Program-made: the position numbers and the translations under genes
In this document: in pieces, positions 27,021-39,181 of the stretch
Layout: each line of letters begins with the position of its first letter
Position numbering within the stretch: the first letter of the stretch is position 1
From: Octopus bimaculoides
Taxonomy: Eukaryota
DNA length: 64,000 nt
Direction: 5' to 3'
NCBI RefSeq assembly: GCF_001194135.2
Contig: NC_068985.1
Coordinates: forward strand, 85,771,819-85,835,818
Notes under the pieces: generated by a model
Databases searched by the model: none
Seen by the model: the letters and a program-made list of their open reading frames with translations, nothing else
What the model was told of the DNA's origin: nothing

Positions 27021-27971
27021 AACCACGACTTAATCCAAATACCAGCAGCAGAATGGACACACCAGAAAGTCACCCAAGGAGCCACTGGTCATGTTAATGG
27101 GCTGAGGCTATCACCAAACAACTGATAGAGTCCAGCTGGTGATAGTTATTTTCTTAACAGGTTTTGATCACTCATAAGATTTGTGTTAAACCAATGCCAG
27201 GGTAGAAAGTACTTGCTGAAGAAGTGCTTACAGCAGGACTGAACCTCAAAAACTGCTTGATTGAAAAGCTAACTTCTTAATAACAGTCAGACCTCCTCCC
27301 TTCAGAATCTTCATAAAAACAAATTTTTCTTTATCACTTCATACAATGATTTTTACATCAATAATTCTCCTCAGAAAATTTTTTTACCAAAATCAATCTA
27401 ACACTGTTCTGAAAGAAGTTTCTTGGATCCACTTTTCTTAGCAGCATATAAAATTACTGTGTGTGTGTGTGTGTGTGAGATGTATTTCTGATCAACACTA
27501 TTGGATTATCAAACTACATCATCTGGGACATCAGAAATGACTTGAAAGAATTCTTTACCATTCTTCTTGTCTTTCTCTCTTTAGATAAGACAGCTAACAT
27601 ATCTTTTACTATTTGTTCAGTGTTTTCAGCATTTGTTTTGGACAAGCTCTTCAATTTGTCTGGTTGCTGTTTGTTCTGATGTTTGGGAAATTTATTTTCC
27701 TTCTTTAGGTTTGTCTTTTTCTTTCATTTCATTTTTCTCCCAATTTTTCAAAATTTTTATCTTGGTGTTTGTGGTCTGCAAATTCTTCTGGTATTTATTT
27801 TACATATTTCTGTTGTCTTCTGGCATTTTTTAAACATGCTTTATTGAATGGTGCATTGGGCTCTTGCAGTTATGTGTATACATTATCTGTATACATACAT
27901 ACATATATAAACACACGTGTATGCACATATACACACAAATACATATATGCATATGCGCATACATACATATA

Positions 27972-28710
27972 CAGGATGTGATGGGTAAATTGTCACTATT
28001 TTATACTTTTAATTTCGTGCATGCGCATTGCTTGTTTTTGATTTTGTTGACTACACACTATAGTGGGGTCAGTTGGGCACTGTCTGTGAGAAAACAGCAC
28101 CATGATGCAATTCACTCTGCCAAGAATTTGGAAATGACATGCTGTACTGCTTGGCATTCATGCTGGAAGCTCCGATGTGTTTGGGTGTCAATCTGTGGAC
28201 ATGTACCAAGAGTGATAAAAATCAAACATCCAGTCAACACCATGGTGTTTGGAGTGATCACTAGTGATGGTGACGTTGTGCCTTCATTCATCTTACCACA
28301 TGGCCTCAGAATCAACATGGAGGCCTACATCAAGTGCATGGAGGAGGTAGTGCTGCCCTGGGTCAAGAGAGTGGCTGCTACAAGACCCTGTGTCTGGCAA
28401 CAGGACTCTGCACCATGCCACACATGGAGGAGAACCCAGTCATGGCTGTCAGACAATTTCTGCGACCACATTACTCCTAACATCTGGCTACCTAACTCCC
28501 CAGACTGCAACCCCTTTGATTACTATGTGTAAGGCCCAGTTGAGTGAGAGACCAGTAAAACTCCTTGTAACACCAAAGATGAACTGAAGGCAGGGATTAT
28601 GGCAGCATTCAGCAACTTAAACAAGGAGACCATCCAGAAGAGTTGAGGAGATTCTGAAGTCATCTGGAGGGCTGTGGTTGAAGCCAATGGCGATTTTATT
28701 GAATAAATTT
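27972..28710 (+). mobile_element. maT (DD37D) Tc1/mariner-superfamily transposon remnant
   Basis: TA then CAGGATGTGATGGGTAAATTGTCAC left end. Relic MVFGVITSDG...WQQDSAPCH...WLPNSPDCNPFDYYV has 37 residues between the second and third catalytic D. In-frame stops follow; no right TIR seen. Confidence 0.88.
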
Positions 28711-28877
28711 ACTCTTTAATATTTCAAGATAACTTTATCTAATTTTGGTAAATATATCTCTATCAAAATGAGATATCAGTGTTATTTTAATTTTTGTGTA
28801 CCTACCTACCTATCTACCTATCTATCGAACCACACACATATATGTGTGTGTGTGTGTGCGTGTGCATGTGTGTGTAC

Positions 28878-29070
28878 TTGCTTTTGTCACTCACCACTGC
28901 TTGATGACTGGTGTTGGTCTGTTTACATCCCCATAACTTAGCAATTCAACAAAAGTGACCAATAGAATAAGTACCAGGCTTAAAAAGTGCTGGGGGTGGG
29001 GTCAATAAACTTGAGTAAAATCCTTCAAGGCACTGCCCCAGCATGGCCACAGTTTAATGAATGGAACAAG
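28878..29070 (+). mobile_element. SINE family B 3' fragment
   Basis: CACCACTGCTTGA..CTGGTGTTGGT..GTTTACATCCCCATAACTTAGC..AATAAGTACCAGGCTT..GCATGGCCACAG. Confidence 0.65.
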
Positions 29071-29240
29071 TAAAGAATAAAGGATATAAGATGGAAAGAG
29101 ATAAAGAAGAAGAAGAATATGGAGAAGAATGGAATTAGTGGAGAGAAGCGAAGAACTGCTCAGAAATTCTTCTTCTGTCATACTGTTTGAATATATGACC
29201 TTTTCATGCATGGCCTACATTGTACACACACACAAGCACA

Positions 29241-29275
<35 letters not shown>

Positions 29276-29548
29276 NNNNNNNNNNNNNNNNNNNNNNNNN
29301 NNNNNNNNNNNNNNNNNNNNNNNNNNNNNNNNNNNNNNNNNNNNNNNNNNNNNNNNNNNNNNNNNNNNNNNNNNNNNNNNNNNNNNNNNNNNNNNNNNNN
29401 NNNNNNNNNNNNNNNNNNNNNNNNNNNNNNNNNNNNNNNNNNNNNNNNNNNNNNNNNNNNNNNNNNNNNNNNNNNNNNNNNNNNNNNNNNNNNNNNNNNN
29501 NNNNNNNNNNNNNNNNNNNNNTATATATATATATATATTTGTGTGTGT

Positions 29549-29584
<36 letters not shown>

Positions 29585-29867
29585 AATATATACCTTGGCG
29601 CTCTCTCTCCTTTTAACCTGCCATCCCATTTATATTCTGATACCCACTTCTTGTGAATATGCCCTAACATTTTGCCACCATCTCTCTCCAGTTCTCTCTT
29701 GCTGTCCCCCATTCTCTCTCTCTCTCTTTCTCTGGCAGGGTAACCCCCTACCAATTCCACAGCAAGACACCTGTTTCTCTCTCTCTCTCTTTCTCTAACT
29801 TTTCATCACATGACCCAAGATCCCCTCCTTCTCTCACAGAGGACCTTTGTTCTACAAATTATTTGGT

Positions 29868-30157
29868 GACCCTGCCAGTGTTGGTGCCATGTAAAAAGGA
29901 TCCAGTCCAAAGTGGTTGGTGTTTGGAAGGGCATACCTTCACAAAAACCATGCTAAAACTAACCTTGCCTGTGCTGGTGTCACATAAAAAGTCCTCAATC
30001 CACTCTGCCGGGGTGGCCAGTGTTAGGAAAGGCATCTAGCCTTAAAATCCCTGCCAAAACAGACACACAAGGTATGGTTCGAGCTTCTGCCTGGCCAGCT
30101 CCCATCAAGCCGTCCAACCCATGCCAGCATGGAAAGTGGACATTAAATAATGATGAT
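29868..30157 (+). mobile_element. RTE 3' end repeat (family D)
   Basis: GTTAGGAAAGGCATC..CCGTCCAACCCATGCCAGCATGGAAAGTGGACATTAAATAATGATGA. Confidence 0.7.
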
Positions 30158-31404
30158 ATACACAGCTATTTTACTCCTTACAAAAACATCTGAGGAATCT
30201 CTCTGAAGTGGGAGTCAGTGTTTTCAAGAAATAACTTGACCTCTTGCTATCTAAATTCTCAGATGAACAAATATCAAGGCAGGAATCTCAAAAGTGGGCA
30301 GTGGCATCGAACTCCCTCATTCACCAAAAGCCAAACCCATAGAATTGGCCACTTAAAAGGTGATTACACTGGCAGTGCCCCAGCATGACCACAGCCTCAA
30401 AGTTGAAACACATAAAAGAATGAAAAGAATATATATCCATTCTTTCTTTCTCTCTCTCTCTCTCTCTCTCTAAATATAAGATCCAGGGATCGAGGTGTAA
30501 GAAGACAGTAATCCATAGAAAATATAAAAAGCAACTTTCAGAGACAAAAGTGGTTTATTGAGAAGGAAGGTTGTGGATTTGTTTCGTATTGAATTATGAT
30601 AAACTGAAAAAGGTTCGTTTTATATTTCACAGTGGGCGACCAGGGGTGCCGGGTGTGCGAATAAGAACAGAAGAGTTAAGGAAGGGAGTAGAATAAGATC
30701 TGGGACTACATATGTTTCATAGCGAGGAGCAGAACCTCAGAAGTGGTAAATATCCAAGCAAGGTGTATACTGCAGGCTACTCTACAGGCCAAAGCTATCT
30801 TGATTATAAATATAAAAGGCAAATAAGAAAATGGAGAAGATAAACAATCGACAAACATCAACCTGTAAACATTCAATTATATCTATTTATTAATTGATTA
30901 CAATCATATGTGTGAGTGATCCAAATAAATGAATAAGAATAAATGAGTTTACAAATCCTAAACTCTTACAGCTGTTTCTACCATGGGTGTTGCCAAATCT
31001 TCCAAGTTTCCCACATCACAACAGCGATATACAGGGATGAACAAATATTGGACAGCACTTGCATATAAATATGTAGGTATACATCAAGTAGCATATTGGA
31101 TATTTATTATCCCTTAGGTGGTTTCTTAACCTCTAGCTCACACACACACACATATACAAGGAAAAATCCAGGCTAGTCAAGTGTGAGGAAACATGAAGGC
31201 CAGTTGACATTATGATAGCAGGAGATTATTCTCTCTCCAAAACACTGCCATAACAAATGTATTGGTTCTCTTGTGGTATGAGCAGTTGCCCCCATCTTGC
31301 TGGAACCATGTGTGAGGTCTTCTTTGAATGGTCAATACCACCAAACATTTCATCCAGCATGCTAACAATTCTGCCATTTCACCACCTTAATAATAATAAT
31401 AATA

Positions 31405-31564
31405 ATAGTTGACCTTGGTGGAATTTGAACTCAGAATGTAGCAACAGATGAAATACCAGTAAGCATTTCGACCAACAGGCTAATGTTTCTGCCAGCTTGC
31501 TGCCTTAATAACAACAACAACAACAACAACAACAACAATAATAATAATAATAATAATAATAATG

Positions 31565-31628
<64 letters not shown>

Positions 31629-31630
31629 TG
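31405..31630 (-). mobile_element. SINE family A 5' half plus adjacent (AAC)n(AAT)n microsatellite
   Basis: GGAATTTGAACTCAGAATGTAG..TTTCTGCCAGCTTGCTGCC followed by the trinucleotide array. Confidence 0.7.
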
Positions 31631-31999
31631 ATGATAATTCAATAAAGAGATGAAACGAACTGATTAACACCTCTGATTTTAATAAAGTGACACTTAAATA
31701 TTTTATTAGTTGGAATAATACCAGGGTACTTAACTATAATACCAGGGTACTTTTTAATTCCTTTCATTATTTCCATTTATATTTTTGTAGTTTGTTTTCA
31801 GTGTTCTTTTTTATCATCTGCTTATCCAGTTTCATGGTCAAAGATAGAAAAATTAAATCCTCCACCCCCTCCTCCTCAACAACAACAACAACAAACCACG
31901 TAGAGCTCTGATAAAAAGAGGTTATAATCTGCACCCCACCCTTCAAATTTGATCAATTTTTATGAACTCAATGGACACCTCTCTCGTTAAAATATATCT

Positions 32000-32081
<82 letters not shown>

Positions 32082-32971
32082 CTATCCCTATTTTTATACA
32101 TATTTATTTTACTGATAGATTTATATCTTTGTTACTGGTTTTTATATTTTGTTGCTTTGGGTTTTATTGCTTTTGTCATGATTTTTATATTTTTTGCCAG
32201 ATATCAGTAATAATTAAATAACGACTGTGTGTATGTGAGTGTGTCAGTGTGCATATATAGATAGATGTATATGAGTGTGCATATGTGTGTATATGTGTAT
32301 GTGTGCATATTTATATATATGGATACACACATACATGTGCACATATAGTGATATAATTTGGTTCATAAATGATCATATATACACTGAAACAATCAGAACT
32401 CCAAACAAAGCAGATACACACACACACACACGACATGAATGGTGGTGCCTGTACATTCTCTGTGAATGGTTGTGCGTGAAATGGGCTGATGATAATCAAA
32501 ACTTGTGTGTGTGTGTGTGCGTGTGTGTAAGTTTGTGGTTGTGTCTTCTTGACTGTGGATATGTAGGTGTATAACTGTGTCTATGGCAAGGGATCAAAGA
32601 CGAGTAACGTATTTGAAAAGATTAAACCACTTGGTGAGCTTTTGATGTTTGATTAAACCTAGAAAACCGAAGACTTTGCAAGGACATTGTGATGATCAGT
32701 GATATATTAAATGGCCAAAGATAGCAAAGCCACCTATCTTGTTTTCTAGTGAAGGAGATGCAACGATTGATCTCCTTTGAATAAAAACAATTAGCTATTA
32801 TCAAAGAAATAACATTTACAAATGCAATGCTTACAATTTTGTTAACCGTCCTACAAAGAGAAGATCATTAGAATTACATGATGGATGAGAACTCTCACAA
32901 TTACACACTCACACACACACACACACACACACATGCACACACGTGTGTGTGTGTGTGAGTGTGTGTATACA

Positions 32972-33525
32972 CAGAGGCTGGACAAAATAATGGAAACACC
33001 TAGCATCATAATTTTGAAATATCTATAAAACCATCAAAAGCTTGTTTATTTTTATGTTTTTTTGATTTATTATTAGTGTTGCTTAATATGTTTTGCTAAA
33101 ATTGCTGTTTCTCTTCAGATATCATTAGGAAAAGGCAATTAAAATTCATTAAAATGACAGATCTATCGGACTTTCAAAGAAGTCAAATTGTTGGTGCTCG
33201 TATGGCAGGCGCTAGCATAATGAAAACAGCCAAAATGATTGGTATATCAAGAACTTCGAAAGTAATGACAGCCTTTGAGAAAGAGAGAAAAACCTCCTCG
33301 TCGAAACAAAACTTTCAGTTAGAGACCGTCGGACTCTTACGCGAATAGTTAGAAAGGATCACAAAAGTACAACTCCCAAAATTACTGCAGAGCTTAATGA
33401 CCACCTCGAGAACACAGTTTCCACAAAAACTGTTCGCTGGGAGCTGCACAAAGCCGGATTGAATGGGAGGGCTGCAATCAGAAAAACACTACTTTCAAAA
33501 ACAAATGTTGTAAAGAGTTTACAGT
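32972..33525 (+). mobile_element. Tc1-like transposon, 5' half (left TIR plus HTH region of transposase)
   Basis: CAGAGGCTGGACAAAATAATGGAAACACC left end. From 33154: MTDLSDFQRSQIVGARMAGASIMKTAKMIGISRT, then frameshifted RDRRTL..RIVRKDHKSTTPKITAELNDHLENTVSTKTVRWELHKAGLNGRAA. Interrupted at ~33525. Confidence 0.9.
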
Positions 33526-33748
33526 AGAGTAATCCCTCTCATCGTGATCTGTAGCACATAAGGTTGCCAAGAATTTATCTCTGTCATCGCAGATCGGTGG
33601 CTATCGGACGCTGACGAAGGGAAATAACCCTGAAACCCGGGTCCGTTCGTGCTACAAATCACGATGAGAGGGATAACTTCCCTTGGCAAAACAAACAGGA
33701 CACAGAAGTGTGTCGATAAGCCAGCTGGAGGAGATGTCCTCCTGGGGC
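33522..33748 (+). mobile_element. Retrozyme-like non-coding unit containing the hammerhead
   Basis: 26-bp inverted repeat (33532-57/33649-74, 1 mismatch) encloses the ribozyme. The 3' part is homologous to 50758-50796. No ORF; ends at an N gap. Confidence 0.55.
33605..33649 (+). ncRNA. Minimal type I hammerhead ribozyme
   Basis: Stem I CGGACG(33605-10)/CGTTCG(33644-49); CTGACGA(33611-17); stem II AGGG-aaataa-CCCT(33618-31); GAAAC(33632-36); palindromic CCGG loop; GTC cleavage triplet (33641-43). All invariant core bases are present. Confidence 0.85.
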
Positions 33749-34000
33749 NNNNNNNNNNATATATATATATATATATATACTAAGGTTAATCAATTGTGCT
33801 CACTCATAATTTAGATATAAAAATATATGCAACTATTTGTGTCCATTGGTCTGGCAAAGCCAAAATCATCCATCTGGCATTCTTCTTCCTCGCTATTCCT
33901 GGGATAGGTTTAACTTCTCTTAAATATATATATATTGAAGGGAGCAGCATGCTCATAAGAGATGTTATCTTAATCAAATGTTGCAGTAACTTTGCCTTTC

Positions 34001-34165
34001 AATCATCATCATCATCGTTTAACGTCCGCTTTCCATGCTAGCATGGGTTGGACGACTTGACTGAGGACTGGTGAAACCGGATGGCAACACCAGGCTCCAA
34101 TCTAAATTTGGCAGAGTTTCTACAGCTGGATGCCCTTCCTAACGCCAACCACTCAGAGAGTGTAA
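34001..34165 (-). mobile_element. RTE 3' end repeat (family D)
   Basis: (CAT)n-CGTTTAACGTCCGCTTTCCATGCTAGCATGGGTTGGACG...CTTCCTAACGCCAACCAC. Confidence 0.85.
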
Positions 34166-34296
34166 TATATATATATATATATAATATATTGTTCCATTAA
34201 GGTATGATCAACAAAAATACTCTTAATTTAAGTGTGATACATAGGTGTCTATTTTAAATTAATACTGCTTCTATGAAGTATAACAATGCATGTATG

Positions 34297-34331
<35 letters not shown>

Positions 34332-35580
34332 GCATACATAATACATACATACACACACACACATGCATACATACATACGTACGTGTCATTTAATGTACAC
34401 ATAAGGATAAGTGCTGCAAATAGTTTGTTGCTGTGAAGACATGTTGATAAGCAAATTTTTATAATGTGCCTTGTGCCTCCCAGCAATCTCTGGGCTCTGA
34501 GCACATGGTTTGTCCTATTTGAAAATCAGGACACTGGCAAATAAGAAACCACAAAAAACAAAATGAGAAAGTTGATGAAAAGTGGAAGGGTGAATAAAAA
34601 GAGAAAAAAAGAAAAGTATATTAGAGTTGTGTCCTCTTTGACTGTAGTCAGCAAGTGGGTAGGGGTCTATGCATGTCCCCATTTGTGTGTGTGTGTGCAT
34701 ATATCTGTATGTATACAAACACACACATGCAAATGCTAAAAAGAAAATAACAGGGAAGAAATGCAAATTTTCATCTTGTTTTTTTTTAAATAAATTGTTA
34801 TAGGAAAAATTTTAATAAAAGAATTTATTGAAAACAATTCTTTCTACCGAAATCAATGCTGGTTGTCAATTTTTGCAAAATTTATCAAACAATTTTTATT
34901 TCATTGATTTTTAATCTTGATAGTACATCACATTAGAAATTACATGAATTAAAAAAATGTAAAATAATGCTTAATTTTGCTTACTTATAACCTTATTTCC
35001 TCCTCCTCCTCTTCATCATCATTTAATGTCCACTTTTCCATGCTGGCATGGGTCAGACAAAATTAATTGAAGCAGGTTTTCTACACCTGGATGCCTTTCA
35101 TGTTGGCAATCCTAACTTATTTACAAGCAAGCTGATATTTACTCATGTTTTTTTTTTTTACAGAACATTGGAAACAAACATCACTTTTATGATGGTGATG
35201 CTTATTCAGAACCATCATGTGATGTCAAGCCAAGCACACACACACACCCACACACGCACTATAGATGGATAGCTACAGATAAATATAGAAATATATTTCA
35301 AATGATGATTAATGCATGCATACAGTTCAAATGAAGACAGCATCATCATTTAACATTTGTTTTCCATGTTGGCAAAATGGGTTGAATGNNNNNNNNNNNN
35401 NNNNNNNNNNNNNNNNNNNNNNNNNNNNNNNNNNNNNNNNNNNNNNNNNNNNNNNNNNNNNNNNNNNNNNNNNNNNNNNNNNNNNNNNNNNNNNNNNNNN
35501 NNNNNNNNNNNNNNNNNNNNNNNNNNNNNNNNNNNNNNNNNNNNNNNNNNNNNNNNNNNNNNNNNNNNNNNNNNNNNNNN

Positions 35581-35618
<38 letters not shown>

Positions 35619-36817
35619 ACAAATGAGAGACAGAGAAACATTATTTCCCAATGGCTTAAACTTATGGTCACTAATTACATGCTGTAATAAAACCAAGTGA
35701 AACAAGGTTTATTTAACGAGATAACCCTTGTAAACTCAATTGACAAGATGCTTTTGCACTGAGGGATGCACCACAACCAGTTGTACAGTATCCCACCCAT
35801 AAGGGATCGATGCAAGATGGGTTGAAACCATTGTTGTGAGCAATAAAGTTTCTCATATTTTCCATTTTCCGTCTCTAACATTTGTTGTATACTCCATGAA
35901 TACTGAAGAATTCCTGAAGTAGACACAGTGACAATTGTGTAAATACTGTGGATAACATCAGGTAGCCATAGGCAGCGATTGTGCTTCATTGGTTAACTAG
36001 TAGGTACATATCCATCATCATTGTTTAATGTCTGTTTCCCATAATTGTATATATATATATATATATATGCATGTATCTGTTGTACTCTATATAAATCATA
36101 TCAAATTAAAATAGCCATCTATGTATCATGCTTAATGCAAATACATCATTGAAAGGTAAATTTACAGCAGTATTTGTCCAGAGATAACATCTCTTATGAG
36201 CATGCTGCATTCAAAAGCACAATATAGATATTGAAGGGAGATGAAACCCATATCAGGAATGGCTAGAAAGAATACCAGATGGATTTTGGCCTTGTAGGGC
36301 CAATGGACACCTCTAGATAGTTGCCTGTATTTATGCATCTAAATTATATCTGTTATTGGTCCACAGTGCTAGTTGTTGTGAGATCTACCTGACAGAGTCT
36401 CACAAGGAAACATTCCACAACATCTGACCTCAAAGATGGGATATAATCTCAGTTGTTTTTATTAAAGACAAATTTGCCAGTCAGCCACCCTGGGGTTCAT
36501 AGAATAAAGTACTGGTTGGGTATTAAAGTTGATAATATCTACTAACTGCCATCCCATAAAGTTACTAGCATTATGCCTAAACTAGGAACCACAACAACTA
36601 TGATTTATTTATTATCATTATTACTATGTATCCTTTGAACTCAGGTTTTGTTGGAACAGTTGGGTTCTTGCTTGAGTGATGGGTTTGTTAACTGTAGCCT
36701 ATGGTACCATGTTATTTGTTCGTTTCAATTCTAGAGTACAGCGTTTCTGATAATTCTGACTGTGCCAAGGATGCAAACTCTTTGCAACAGTTCTACTAGA
36801 CACTCTATTCTCATTTC

Positions 36818-37081
36818 CTTTATATTCCTCTCAATATCTTCTGATACTGTCCACAAGGCCCCAACAATAAGAGGCATCATTTTCATCTTTTCCATCTTCT
36901 ACAGCCAGGCTGTCTCATACTGAAGAAGATGGTACACTTCCTCTTTCTTATCTTCTTTTTTAACTATCCACGAGCCAAATGGACATGTAGCATCAATTAC
37001 AGAGCACATGTGGTTTACTTCATTCACCACCACTAGGTTTGGCTTGTTGTACTCAAGCACCTGGTCCATTTGAAATAGGAA
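36818..37081 (-). pseudogene. R4/Dong-type LINE restriction-like endonuclease remnant
   Basis: FQMDQVLEYNKPNLVVVNEVNHMCSVIDATCPF..., frameshift, MMPLIVGALWTVSEDIERNIK. Matches the PD..D-type RLE motif pattern (xKPD(L/I)VV...(V/I)ID...P(I/L)xxGALG). Confidence 0.7.
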
Positions 37082-37394
37082 ATCTCATGAGCTTTTCCAA
37101 GCCTCCCCCAGCAACTTCAAGTAACAGCAAGTTGGACTTTTCACCATGGATATTATTTAACATTGGCGATGATATATTGTAGGAGAAGAATTCCAGAATC
37201 TGGGAACTAAGATTCTGTTTCATCTGCAATATTTCAGTTTTGAGTTTTAAAAGAATCAGATATTTTCAAGTTGACAATGTTTTTCTTAGGTCCAAGAGAA
37301 CAATTTTCTTCAGCTCTGATGCTTAGGGGCTTCCTGGTATTTGACCAAAGTCATTAAGAGCTCCATTTGATATTGTTTTTCTGCTACTTTGGGG

Positions 37395-37570
37395 AGGGGG
37401 CGAGTTGATTCGATTGACCTTAGTACGCAACTGGTACTTAATTTATCAACCCTGAAAGGATGAAAGGCAAAGTCGACCTTGACAGAATTTGAATTCAAAA
37501 TATAAAGACAGACGAAATACTATTAAGCATTTTTCCCGGCATGTTAACGTTTCTGCCAGCTCACCCCTCA
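37395..37570 (-). mobile_element. SINE family A
   Basis: GCAACTGGTACTTAATTTATCAACCCTGAAAGGATGAAAGGCAAAGTCGACC..TTTCTGCCAGCTCACC. Confidence 0.85.
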
Positions 37571-38246
37571 CCTTATCCTCTGTTGCTGAACTGTTTTACT
37601 ACAGTTAAAATTCGTCCCAGTTGTTGATCATCTTTTGTGAATAGCTTTAGATCATCCATATGTAAAGGAGGTGATGGATTTGCCAATCCTATACTTTGAA
37701 CCCATCTTTTGCATCTCTCAGGAGAATGAGGGCCACAAAAAANNNNNNNNNNNNNNNNNNNNNNNNNNNNNNNNNNNNNNNNNNNNNNNNNNNNNNNNNN
37801 NNNNNNNNNNNNNNNNNNNNNNNNNNNNNNNNNNNNNNNNNNNNNNNNNNNNNNNNNNNNNNNNNNNNNNNNNNNNNNNNNNNNNNNNNNNNNNNNNNNN
37901 NNNNNNNNNNNNNNNNNNNNNNNNNNNNNNNNNNNNNNNNNNNNNNNNNNNNNNNNNNNNNNNNNNNNNNNNTCCAGTGTTTCATATTATTCAACATATA
38001 ATTACAAATAACTGGAGATATTTTTATGTTTCCAAGCATTTCTCAATCCAGCCATAGCAAAAGCTGTCAAAACCCTTTTTGCAATCAATCCTGAAACAAT
38101 CAACTCTTCCCTTCAACCAATGTTAGAAATAATCATTATCAACTCAGTGTATAACTAAACTATTTTCACCTTATGATGGGTCTGCTTATACATATAAGTA
38201 CGGGGCACCAACCGACTGTGCCACACAACACACACACACACACACA

Positions 38247-38288
<42 letters not shown>

Positions 38289-39139
38289 TGTGTATATATA
38301 TATTTATGTATGTATGTGTTTACGTCATTTCAAAAACTTGTATTATTTATACCATGTCCCTTTAAGACATATAACTTAACAATCTGGCAAACAGAGGTTA
38401 ATAGATCAAGTAACAGACTGAAGAAGTATTGGGGTTTGTGAGCTTGAGTATAAATGCTTGAAAGCTATGCCCCAACATGGCCACAATTCACTAATCAAAG
38501 CCAGTAAGAGAATAAAGATTTATCCCCCCACCCACATCATCTACAATCAATAAAAATAAAGAAAAGAAAAAATAAAGAAAAAAACCCCATCCCAAATCAT
38601 GAAATGTCTAATTTGTTCATGAATATTTGCACAATGTCACTATTGTATATTTAAAAGGTTTCTTTTATCCGAAATTTTAAGAGGCCGGATTTCAGAACAT
38701 TTTTAATAGCTTCAAATAGTCTGGCTTTGATTCTTCTCTCCTTACAATGATTACACAAGAATTATCATTGACAATATTCACAACTTCATTGAAGGCATTC
38801 TTTAAAACCATTTTTAAATACAATATTTCATTGTAGCTTTAAAAATACACTGTTTAAGATAATTATTTATTTATAAAAAAAAAATTCTATTAAAAAACAT
38901 AAAATAACTGAAAATAAATTTCTCATTGTTCATTCGGAATCGGTTTTGAAAACAATTGTTGCCATAATATTTTCTATTTATAGACATAAATAAAAAATAA
39001 AAATGATCTTTGATTAAAAAGAACCAAAAAATAGTAAGAAAAAAAAATCTAGAGACAGTCTTCATAGTATTGATTTCCTTCAGTATCAATAGATGCTAAA
39101 AATATGTCTATATCTGTTTTTATATACATATACATATAT

Positions 39140-39181
<42 letters not shown>

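Noticed and set aside
27500-27830. K/E-rich protein-like minus-strand reading
   Set aside because: Stops in all frames and no usable splice acceptor.
30966-31000. Minus-strand GAAAC-AGCT-GTA-AGAG resembling a hammerhead 3' half
   Set aside because: No CUGANGA box, stem II or stem I partner upstream.
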